Shown here: positions 27,270 through 37,879 of the stretch, piece by piece
How positions within the stretch are numbered: position 1 is the first letter of the stretch
How the letters are laid out: every line of letters begins with the position of its first letter
From: Malacoraja senta
Taxonomy: Eukaryota
Assembly: GCA_038087875.1 (NCBI GenBank)
Contig: CM075997.1
Location: 1,242,001 to 1,306,000 of the forward strand
Length of the DNA stretch: 64,000 nt
Reading direction: 5' to 3'
Notes under the pieces: generated by a model
What the model was told of the DNA's origin: nothing
Database searches by the model: none
The model's input: the letters and a program-made list of their open reading frames with translations, nothing else
Program-made: the position numbers and the translations under genes

Positions 27270-27660
27270 TTTAGTTTATTGTCACGTGTACCGAGGTACA
27301 GTCAAAAGCTTTTTGTTGCGTGCTAACCAGTCAGCGGAAAGACAATACATGATTACAATCAAGCCACTTACAGTGTACAGATACATGATGAGGGAATAAT
27401 GTTTAGTGCAAGATAAAGCCTGTAAAGTCCGATCAAAGATAGTCCGAGGTTCACCAATGAGGTAGATAGTAGTTCAGGACCGCTCTCTGGTTGTGGTAGG
27501 GTGGTTCAGTTGCCTGATAAGAGCTGGGAAGAAAGTGTCCCTGAATCTGGAGGTGTGTGTTTTCACACTTCTGTACCTCTTGCCTGATGGGAGAGGGGAG
27601 AAGAGGGAGTGGCCGGGCTGCTGGCTTTGCTAAGACAGCGCGAGGTGTAAATGGAGTCAG
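27270..27660 (-). mobile_element. Second Rex1-like subfamily, 3' fragment (also ~34420-34760, ~44215-44490, ~46925-47290, and + strand ~54870-55050)
   Basis: Shared tttattgtcacgtgtaccgaggtacag end; the 34420 copy encodes KTHTSRFRDSFFSAVIRQL, similar to the Rex1 C-terminus. Confidence 0.75.
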
Positions 27661-27846
27661 TGTTGCAGTTTAGGTTTGAAATTTTGGAATATTGCCATCC
27701 AGAAAATAGGCATTCATTCTTAGCCTACTTGTGCCAGCTATTGGGAAAAGAAAACTCCCAATACCTGCCATGTTAAATTTAGTTTTAGATATTTATTTCC
27801 CCATTTGCAGGAGGTCGGGAATTCTGTGTAGGATCGAACTGCAGAT

Positions 27847-28371
27847 ACATAGAAACATAGAAAACAGGTGCAGGAGTAGGCCATTCGGCCCTTCGAGCCA
27901 TTCAATATGATCATGGCTGATCATCCAACTCAGTATCCCGTACCTGCCTTCTCTCCATACCCCCTAATCCCATTTAGCCACAAGGACCACATCTAACTCC
28001 CTCTTAAATATAGCCAATGAACTGGCCTCAACTACCCTCTGTGGCAGAGAGTTCCAGAGATTCACCACTCTCTGTGTGAAAAGGTTTTTCCTCATCTCGG
28101 TCTTAAAGGATTTCCCCCTTATCCTTAAGCTGTGACCCCTTGTTCTGGACTTCCCCAACATCGGGAACAATCTTCCTGCATCCAGCCTGTCCAACCCCAT
28201 AAGAATTTTGTACGTTTCTATAAGATCCCCTCTCAATCTCCTAAATTCTAGCGAGTATAAGCCAAGTCTATCCAGTCTTTCTTCATATGAAAGTCCTGAC
28301 ATCCCAGGAATCAGTCTGGTGAACCTTCTCTGCACTCCCTCTATGGCTATAATGTCCTTCCTCAGATTTGG
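27847..28371 (-). mobile_element. CR1 3' fragment (similar at ~44530-44905, ~45216-45720, ~54221-54860)
   Basis: QRRFTRLIPGMSGLSYEERL...RRLRGDLIETYK. Confidence 0.9.
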
Positions 28372-28432
28372 AAGGACATTATATATGCTGGTTTAAATTG
28401 ACAGATGCTGGTTTAAATTGAAGATGGACACC

Positions 28433-28566
28433 AAATGCTGGAGTAACTCAGCGGGACAGGCAGCATCTCTGGAGAGAAGGAATGGGTGACGTTTCGGGTA
28501 CCCGAAACGTCACCCATTCCTTCTCTCCAGAGATGCTGCCTGTCCCGCTGAGTTACTCCAGCATTT
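28433..28566. repeat. Perfect 134-bp palindrome of two inverted Penelope terminal repeats
   Basis: Checked base by base; centre gggt|accc at 28499/28500, no spacer. Confidence 0.95.
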
Positions 28567-29926
28567 TGTGTCTATGTCAGGGATTCTAACACCTACTTCT
28601 ATATCCACGGTGACATGCCCTATCGACCAGCGTGCAGAAATCTGCTAAGTTCCCATTTTTAACAAAACAGTAATTGACATGGAAGCCGATGCGTTGATTG
28701 AAGGAGGGTTTTAATTAACTTTAATGAGCTGAGAAGTTGTATAATTCCGCTATTGGAGTCTCGGCCAATTCAGGAGTGAAGTGTTTGCTGTTGTGGTAAT
28801 CTAAAACGATAAAATCACCAAGGATTGCAGACTAGAAACCCCAAAACTGAGCTTGAAACTGCCTTTGACTCTTTTTTTCCTTCTTCTCTATTTCGTCTCT
28901 TTCTCTTTCTTCTTCTCGCTTCTTTCTTCTCTCGGGCTATCTTTCTATTTCACGCAACACTCTCTTCTTCTCTCCCTTACTCTTGCTTTGTTATTCAATT
29001 AAAAATAAGAAGTTGTATATGAAATGCATATGAAATGTAATAAGTCAACAAGTATTAGGTACTGTGGTACCACATTATTGTACGTCCTTCTAACAAAAAT
29101 AAATTTAAAAAAAGAAAAAAGAAACTGCCTTTGACTGTCGGACTGTGTTAAGAGTGTTTAACTGTCATACGTACCAACGTGGAAATTCTTTCTTGCGGCA
29201 GTTTGACAGGCCCGTAATTGCAAAACATACAGTTAAATATAATCGTAAAAAATCAATTTGTGGTCTAGCACATTGAGCCTTCATCAGTCAGGATATTGAG
29301 TATATCTGAAGAAGGGTCTCTGGATACTTTCAAGAGAGAGCTAGATAGGGCTCTTAAAGATAGCGGAGTCGTGGCAGAAGGGGGGGTGGGGGGGAGGGGT
29401 ACTGATTGGGAATGATCAGCGATGATCACATTGGATGGCGGTGCTGGCTTGAAGGGCCGAATGGCCTACTCCTGCACCTATTGTCTATTGACCTGAAACG
29501 TCACCCATTCCTTCTCTCCATGGCTGCTACCTGTCCCGCTGAGTTACAACTTTAGAGGGTGCCAAGTGCGGGCAGGTGGGACTAGTGTAGATGGGACATG
29601 TTGGTCATAAGAAGGAGTAGAATTAGGCCATTCGGCCCATCAGGTCCACTCTGCCATTCAATCATGGCTGATCTATCTCTCCATCCTAACCCCATTCTCC
29701 TGCCTTCTCCCCATAACCATAATGGTCAGCATGAACAAGCTGGGCTGAAGGCCCTGTTTAACAGCTGCGTAACTCCGACTCTATAAATTAATAACAGTAA
29801 TACTAAAGAAACAGTCCATAGAAGTTCATAGTTGCTGAGGTTAGCATTGTGCAGTGTTCAAGAGGCTGAAGGATGCTGCAAAGATGTAACTCTTGAACAT
29901 GGATGTCACAGATCACAACCTTGTAA

Positions 29927-30195
29927 CGGGCCTGTCCCACTTTCCCGAGTTACTCACGAATTCTCCCGAGTTTTCACCTTGATTCAAACTGAGAGATGCC
30001 AGCCGTAGGTACTCGTGGACATTTTTCAACATGCTGAAAATACGTCCCGACTTACCTGGTGCCCCGATTACCTACGGCTGGCATTACGAGCCGCTACCAA
30101 ATATCTCTGGACACGCTACGGACATTCCCCGAGTTTGAATCGAGGGGAAAACTCGGGAGAATTCGTGAGTAACTCGGGAAAGTGGGACAGGGGCT
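29927..30195. mobile_element. MITE inserted in a decayed Rex1 fragment
   Basis: cctgtcccactttcccgagttactcacgaa / ttcgtgagtaactcgggaaagtgggacagg inverted arms. Confidence 0.8.
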
Positions 30196-31814
30196 TTAAC
30201 CTTCTTCCCTGTGGAGGAAACAAAATGAGTGTGTGGCCAGGGTGGTGTGGGGCCTTTGATATTGGCTGCCTTTTTGAGGCAGTGCATCCTATAGATCTGT
30301 TCGATGGTGGGGAGTTCAGTACCTGTGACGGACTGGGCAATAACTACCGCTCATCGCAATCTCTTTCGTCGGAGTGTGTTCAGGTTTTTAAGGTTTAAGA
30401 AAGAACTGCAGATGCTGGAAAAACCATCTCTCTCTGAATGAAGTCACACATTCTGCATCTTTCTCTGCAGCATGTTTGGTTCCTAACGAGGACAGTCCAG
30501 GATTTCATTTTATTTTAAATATTCTCGCGAGGAACTGCAGATGCTGGTTTGCGAGAAAAGTATTGGAGTAACTCAGCGGGTCAAGAAGTATCCCCGGAGA
30601 ATATGGGGAGGTGGATGTTTCGGGTTGGGACCCCGAGCAGAGACTGGTGACCCAGAAACGTCACCCATCCATGTTGTCCAGAGGTAGACGCGAAATGCTG
30701 GTGTAACCCAATCAATCAATCGGTTTTATTCATCCAGAGAACCTGCCTCCACCACCCTCTGAGGCAGACCAGTAACTCAGCGGCTCAGGCAGCATCTCTG
30801 GAGAAAAGAAATGGGTGATGTTTCAGGTCAAGACCCTTCTTCAGACCAGAGATGCTTCCTGACGCGCTGAGTTACTTACTGGTCTGCCTCGGAGGGCGGT
30901 GGAGGCAGGTTCTCTGGATGCTTTCAAGAGAGAGCTAGATAGGGCTCTTAAAAATAGCGGCGTCAGGGGATATGGGGAGAAGGCAGGAACGGGGTACTGA
31001 TTGGGGATGATCAGCCATGATCACATTGAATGGCGGTGCTGGCTCGAAGGGCCGAATGGCCTACTCCTGCACCTATTGTCTATTGGTCAAAGGTAAAATC
31101 ATATTCCGTCCTCTCATCTGTTCACGAGCTAATCCTTTTTCGGCCCGAAACGTTGCCTATTTCCTTCGCTCCATAGATGCTGCTGCACCCGCTGAGTTTC
31201 TCCAGCATTTTTGTGTACCTTTGATTGTGAATGTGTCCCCCCCCCTCCCCCCCCCTTCACAGATGCTTTGAGAAGCGCTCTGTGCTTTTAAATCTAGATC
31301 GCATTGCTATGTCATGCTGACTACACAATGATGCTTAACTTTTTTTTATCTCGCTGCAGAGCAGCTGGTTAATCTGGTTTCCATTGTTCAGTGAATTAAT
31401 CCTGATTCTTGTCTGTCAAAATGGTGCCTTTCTGATTGTGCTTTGGACAATCTTCCTGATAACCCCGCTCTGTCCTCTCCTTCCAGGGCACAATGTGCAC
31501 TCGATTCAAAGGTACTCTTGCTTGCGGCCCAAGTTAATCGCCGTGCTTCACTGGCTACCTGCGAAGGAATCCTCCTCGCTGCTCATTTCAGACGCTGCAG
31601 TATTTTCAGTCGCTGGATCGACCAAGAAGAGGTATTGTTTTCTCCCTTGTGTACAACAAAATTATGATGTAAAATAGGGTTCAAGTATTCATGAATATAC
31701 TGGCCTTAGATTTCTGGGGAAAAAAATCTTTTAACTGCGATGATACATTTTACTGAATGGAGCTTTAATGACAAATTCTGCAGACTGCTGCCAGAGAGGT
31801 TCTCAAAAAAATAT

Positions 31815-32105
31815 TTAAGAAGGAACTGCAGATGCTGGAAAAATTAAAGATAGACAAAAATGCTGGAGAAACTCAGCGGGTGAGGCAGCATCTATGGAGG
31901 GAAGGAATAGGTGACGTTTAGGGTGGAGACCCGAAGGGTCTCGACCCGAAACGTCACCTATTCCTTCGCTCCATAGATGTTGCCTCACCCGAAACGTCAC
32001 CTATTCCTTTGCTCCATAGATGTTGCCTCACCCGAAACGTCACCTATTCCTTCGCTCCATAGATGCTGCCTCACCCGCTGAGTTTCTCCAGCATTTTAGT
32101 CTACT
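31815..32105. mobile_element. Inverted Penelope terminal-repeat pair with three tandem 43-bp units
   Basis: aggaactgcagatgctgg... arm, then cccgaaacgtcacctattcc...gcctca starting at 31945, 31988 and 32031. Confidence 0.8.
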
Positions 32106-33913
32106 CTCAAAAATATATATTTTTTGTCCTTTGCTTTGTTTTTTTTTTTAAACCTCTTGTTGCTGCTCTTCAAATATGAATGCTTCTTTCCTCTTTGACC
32201 ATGATGTTGTTGGGTTAGTCCAGAGAAATGGACCGTTTAGCCCATCTGTGGCGGTGTTTAGCTTCACCCTGCCACCTTGCCCAGTCCAAGGCTGTCTGTT
32301 TATAACAGCAAGTTGATATGTCGAAGGTCTTGGGACACTGGAAAATCTCAGAGTTCATTTCTATATTGTTTGAGGCTAAGATTTGGGCGGCACGGTGGCA
32401 CAGCTGTAGAACTGCTGCCTCACAGCGCCAGAGACCCGGGTTCGATCCCAACTACGGGTGCTGCCTGTACGGAGTTTGTACGTTCTCCCCGTGACCTGCG
32501 TGGGTTTTCTCCGCGATCTTAAAGGCCTGTTTCCACGCTGTATCTCTAAACTAAACTAAATTATCAATCTGATTTGATGATAGGCAGCACTGTGGCACAG
32601 CCAGTAGAACTGCTACCTCTCAGCGACAGAGACCCAGATTAGACCCTGACATCGGGTGCTGTCTATGTGGAGTTTGCACTTTCCCCCTGAGACCGTGTGG
32701 GTTGTCCCAGGTGCTTTGTTTTCCTTCCACAACCCAAAGAAGTACAGGTCGTCTGAAGAAGGGTCTCGACTGGAAACGTCACCCATTCCTTCTCTCCAGA
32801 GAAGCTGCCTGTCCCGCTGAGTTACTCCAGCATTTTGTGTCGGTGTGAACAATCATCTGCAGTTCCTTCCTACACCGGATGTTACCTTGAATTGACTGCT
32901 AAAATTGCCCCTAGTGTGGGAGATAGAATCTGGGGGGGGGGAGTTGATTTGAGTGTGGGGAGAATAAAAAAGTTTTGATGTTGGATTAGTATAAATGGGA
33001 GGTTGATAGTCAGTGTGGACTGAAGGGCAAGTCTCCATGCTATATGTATCTCTCTCAATCTCAGTTCTGCAAATGACGATGCTTTTAATCTTGCTGGCCT
33101 GTTTCTCCTAATTATCTTTTGATCTTGAAAACTGCCTGGGATGTTAATGTTTCTCCGTTAGCAAGCTGCACCGCCGGCCAAGGGATTTTTTTGTTTGTTT
33201 GAGTGGCTTAAATTAATAAGATTCTCGCCCAGGCTTCCCTGTTACAGATGTGAAAATAACCGCTTAGAATGGGGAGCAAGAGGGAGTAATAAATGTTTGT
33301 TGCATTTGTCATCTGTAGAAACTCCTGATAACCAGTGGCAGAATCATTAAGGCTCAAAGGTCTTGTTTGGGGCTATTTGGTATATAGGTCATGTGCGTGT
33401 TTTTAAAAAAAGAACCCTTTCGCACTCCAGTACATTGGCTCCGATGTTGTGGGATTGAATTCTCTACCCCAGAGGGTGTGGGAGACTAGATCTATGGGCA
33501 TATTTGAAGAGCTAGATACATTTTTTTTTAAAGATCAGAAAATGAGGACTGTGGGAATCTAGCGCAGAAGAGATGAGATCTTGGGCAGTCTGTCCATGAT
33601 CATATTGAACGGTGGGGTAGACGAGGGGCTGAGCTTGCATTTTCTTGCGTTCTATTTTACACTGTATTCGCGCTCTTAAAATTTCAAAGAATTTCATTCA
33701 CTGTTCACTATTTTAATAGGAATCTGAGGGGTAACTTTTTCACACAAAGGGTGGTGGGTGTATGGAACAAGCTGCAAGAGGAGGTAGTTGAGGCTGGGAC
33801 TATCGAAATATTTAGTGTAGGAAGGAACTGCAGTTGCTGGTTTAAACCAAAGATGGACATAAAAAGCTGGAGTAACTCAGCGGGACAGGCAGCATCTCTG
33901 GAGAGAAGGAATG

Positions 33914-33947
33914 GGTGACGTTTCGGGTCGAGACCCTTCTTCAGACA
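33914..33947 (-). ncRNA. Minimal hammerhead motif in a Penelope terminal repeat
   Basis: Reverse complement gtCTGAAGAagggtctcgacccGAAAcgtcacc. Confidence 0.7.
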
Positions 33948-34175
33948 CTGAAATAGTTAGACGGGTACATGGATAGGACAGGTTTGGAGGGATAAGGACC
34001 AAACGCAGGCAGGTGGGACTAATGTAGCTGGGACATGTGGGCATTTTGGGCCGAAGGGCCTGTTTCTACGCTGTATCACTCTATGGTTCTAAGTTCACTT
34101 TTTATGCATTGTTCTCAAAGCATCGCTTATGATGTTTCTGCTTCATTTTGCCAGGACTAGACAATCATCTCCGAC

Positions 34176-34379
34176 ATGTTCACCAAGAAGAAGAAGCGGG
34201 TGGAGATCTCTGCGCCGGTGAATTTCGAACACCGGGTTCACACCGGCTTTGACCAGCAGGAGCAGAAATTCACCGGGCTCCCCCGGCAGTGGCAAAGTCT
34301 CCTCGAGGACACGGCCAAGAGGCCCAAGCCGCTGGTCGACCCCTCGTATATCACACCCATCCAGCTCGCCCCCCGTAAG
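34176..34379 (+). CDS. PAK4: PAK4-like kinase, first coding exon (basic patch, CRIB domain, RPKP pseudosubstrate)
   Basis: Translates [68 protein letters not shown]. Acceptor ttttgccag ends at 34154, followed by 21 nt of UTR. Donor AAG|gtaggt at 34380; 204 coding nt, phase 0. RVEISAP and [12 protein letters not shown] fit PAK4 better than PAK5/PAK6. Confidence 0.93.
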
Positions 34380-36986
34380 GTAGGTCTGTCCGGTCCATGG
34401 TCAACGTTCAGGTCAGCTGAGTTTATTGTCGCGTGCATCGAGGTACAGTGAAAAGCTTTTGTTGCGTGCTAACCAGTCAGCGGAAAGACAATACATGATT
34501 ACAATCGAGCCACTTACAGTGTACAGATACATGATGAGGGATTCAAGTTTAGTGCAAGGTAAAGCCAGCAAAGTCCGATCAAGGATAGTCCAGGGTCTCC
34601 AAAGAGGTAGATAATAGTTCACCACTGCTCTCTGGTTGTTGGTAGGATGTTTTAGTTGCCTGATAACAGCTGAGAAGAAACTGTCTCTGAATCTGGAGGT
34701 GTGCGTTTTCACACTTCTGTACCTCTTGCCTGACGGGAGAGGGGAGAAGAGGGAGTGGCCTCTTAAGGGTCTCGACCCGAAACGTCACCCATTCCTTCTA
34801 TCCAGAGATGCTGGCTGTCCCGCTGAGTTACTCCAGCATTTTGTGTCTTATCTATTTCAAGATGTTCCTCACCTTTTCAAATCTCCCAAAACGTGAAATT
34901 TTACTCACAATCTCCAGAGGCTTTGGGGAATGTCCTTGTGATTTTGAATTTCAATGCGGGGAAGTTTTATTATTCCCTTGATCCCTCTACCCTGTATCTG
35001 TGGACGGCTCGATTGTAATCGGCAACGCCCCGAAAAGTCACCTATTCCTCACCTGCCTGACCCGCTGAGTTACTCCAGCATTTTGTACGTCTATCTTAGG
35101 TGTAAACCAGCATCTGCAGTTCCCTCCTATAATTTTTCTCTAGTGGGCAGTTGTGGATGTACAATAAATACTGCCCTTGACAGCAACACTGAAAAATAAT
35201 GGATAAGTTAAAAAAATCAAAAACTAAACTTGGTTGAGTCATTAATCCACATCTGTCACAGTAACACCTGATGTGTGTAATTTGTGTAAAAACTAATTCA
35301 ATATCCTTTCTTGTTTCCTCTTGCATTCTTTTATCATTCTTGGTACTTTGAGCTGCGTTCTTTAACAATCTGTTTTATTTCTCTCGATGTTGATAATTAC
35401 TGGGTATTAGTGAGTGCTTCAGAGTCTGAGGGGACGTTATGTTGCTTATCATCTTTTTTTTTGCTCTGAGATGATGCTGTGTTTCCTTGTCTTAATGTTG
35501 AGTAAGAGCAGGTTTCTGTAGCCTGAAGGGGGGGGGGGGGGGAAACGGCAGTCGTGAAAGGGCACCACTGAATTATGAGACACTGAGTATAAAAATGTGC
35601 TCTCACATTGCCCTCAGTGTATCTAGTGTCAGCCAGTGCCTGTATCTGACTGGTACTGGGGCTGTAGAAACACTCCACCAAATGGATTATGTGACTTGCT
35701 GCTTTGCTCATTAAAGATAACATCATCTTGTTCTAAACTGAAAAGCGTTTGTTGGGACTTAAATCAATTTTTAACAATTTTTTTATTGTCAATAACTAAT
35801 TAAAATGATGTCAGTTTATGGCACGTTCACCGTCTGGAGAGGTAATGTGTTGGAATACTGTAGAGTCAGTAATGATTAATTCACCCTCTTCAGTCATGTG
35901 GGGGGGGGGGGGTGTGAAGGTATTTTATCTAGTCGGTTGCATTAAATAAAATGGATCCCGCTGGTATCAGATCTTCGCAGAAACATCACCATCCCGTTCA
36001 CCCCCTTCCCTCCTTCAAACCGGCGTAAAATAATCAGTAGATGCAAGGAACTGAAGGTGTGCAGTTTTACTTTCGTTTTTAGTTTGGGGATACAGCGCGG
36101 AAACAGGCCTTCAGTCCACCCCGACCAGCGATCACCCCGTACGCGATCACTATTCTGCACAATAGGGACCATTTTGTCAAAGCCAACTAACCCTACAAAC
36201 CTGTACGTCCTTGGAGTGCGAGAGTAGACCGGAGAAAAGGCGAGCAGTCGCGGGGAGAGCGTACAATTGCTGGAGTAACTCAGCGGGTCAGGCAGCATCC
36301 GTCTGAGCAAGCGTCCCGACCCAAAACATCACCTATCCACGTTCTCCAGAGCCGCTGCCTGACCCGCTGAGCTGCTCCAGCACTTTGTATAAAATAATCA
36401 GTTGTGACTCTGTCGTGAAGTCGAGCTTCAATGACTTCTGCTTTGGGGATTGTTCACTGCATAACTCGTTGAACTGTGGTTGGTTTAATTTTTCACCAGA
36501 ACTCGAAATAACTTTGTTAATTATGTTCATTGTGCCCGCAGCTATAAATCTGATGGAGAACTACAAACTTGAGAGGGTGAAAGTCATAATGTAGTCATTA
36601 TTGACGTCTTTACAATGAGCTGTGAAATAGTACAAGCTCACGGAATGCATTGGGAAAAGGAATGGGCACGTTTTTCTTCCTTTCCCCAGAAGTTCCGTGG
36701 GGACAGATTTGGAATAAAACTGGATGGATAATGTCTCCTTTAATAGTGTCTAGTAGATTCTGGATCTGCGCAGTCGGTTAAAGAAGGAAAATGTTATGAT
36801 TTTATTGGATGATTTTTATGTCATTGGATAGCTCTTCAACGTTATAGTTCAGAACTTTCAATTGAACAAGTTAATAAGTGGAGAGATGCTGCGTGGGATA
36901 AGGCCCTTCAGCCCAACGAGTCCATGTTGACCATCGATCCCCGTTCACAATAGTTCTATGTTATCCCACTTTTGCAACCACTCCCT

Positions 36987-37111
36987 TAGGGTGGGAGATT
37001 GCAACCTTCACGTGGTCCACCCTGTTTCGACGAATGCAATCAACCTGGCGCGCACAAACAGAACAAGTTGTCTTACAACTTTAGGCTGTGCACGCCATCT
37101 GCAAGAAGAAG
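36987..37111 (+). mobile_element. Short non-autonomous retroposon with ribozyme head and (AAG)n tail
   Basis: 11-bp TSD aaccactccct at 36976-36986 and 37112-37122; ends gccatctgcaagaagaag; inserted into a minus-strand V-SINE 3' part that resumes after the TSD. Confidence 0.85.
36988..37041 (+). ncRNA. Minimal HDV-like self-cleaving ribozyme (predicted), copy 1
   Basis: P1 AGGGTGG/CCACCCT, J1/2 GA, P2 GATTGCA/TGCAATC, P3 ACC/GGT, L3 TTCACGT (fits UYCHCGY), then G, loop TTTCGA in place of P4, J4/2 CGAA with candidate catalytic C at 37031. Confidence 0.8.
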
Positions 37112-37261
37112 AACCACTCCCTACACACTAGGGGCAATTTATAGACGCCAATTAACCTCCAATTGGTTAATAGACACAAACTGCTGGAGTAGCTCAGTGG
37201 GACAGGCAGCTTCTCTGGAGAGAAGGAACCGGCGCCATCCTATCCCCCTGGTCCAATCCCG

Positions 37262-37296
37262 AGTCTGAAGAAGGGTCTCGACCTGAAACGTCGCCC
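37262..37296 (+). ncRNA. Minimal hammerhead motif in a Penelope terminal repeat (PAK4 intron, sense)
   Basis: agtCTGAAGAagggtctcgacctGAAAcgtc. Confidence 0.62.
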
Positions 37297-37879
37297 ATTC
37301 CTTCTCTCCAGAGATGCTGCCTCACCCGCTGAGTTAATCCAGCATTTTTGTCTACCTTCGATTTAAACCAGCATCTGCAGTTCTTTCTTACATACGCTCT
37401 CTTCCTGTGTCCAAGACACCTCACACGCCCTTCGTTTCAGCCCCGCACGGCCCGGTTTTATCTTCTCCCCAAAATCCATAAACACAACTGACCCGGCAGA
37501 CGCATTGTTTCTGCCTGCTCCTGTTCCACTGAATTAATTTCTATATACCTCGACTCCATCCTATCTCCCCTGGTCCAATCCCTTCCAACCTATATCCAAG
37601 ACATCTCACAGGCTCTTTGTTTAACCAGCATCTGCAGTTCCTTCCTATCCAATTGGTTAATTGTAGGTTAGCCAACAATCTACTTCACATTCCACCCTCA
37701 AAACCCAACTCTTTGGCCATGCTTTTGCCATCAAGATTGAATCCTACCTGGGTAGCTCAATAATCTGTTGTTAAAAGTGCTACATAATTTATTATGCCAG
37801 GTATCTGGACCAGCAATGCAAAAGAAGCACGTGGGTGGGAGATGTATTGTGATATTGATGTCGTGACTCAGCACTGCGT

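Noticed and set aside
31945..32076. Direct repeats resembling a CRISPR array
   Set aside because: No unique spacers, eukaryotic context, Penelope-derived.
34380..34451. ORF-track extension of the CRIB exon (VGLSGPW...)
   Set aside because: Read-through past the gtaggt donor into the intron.
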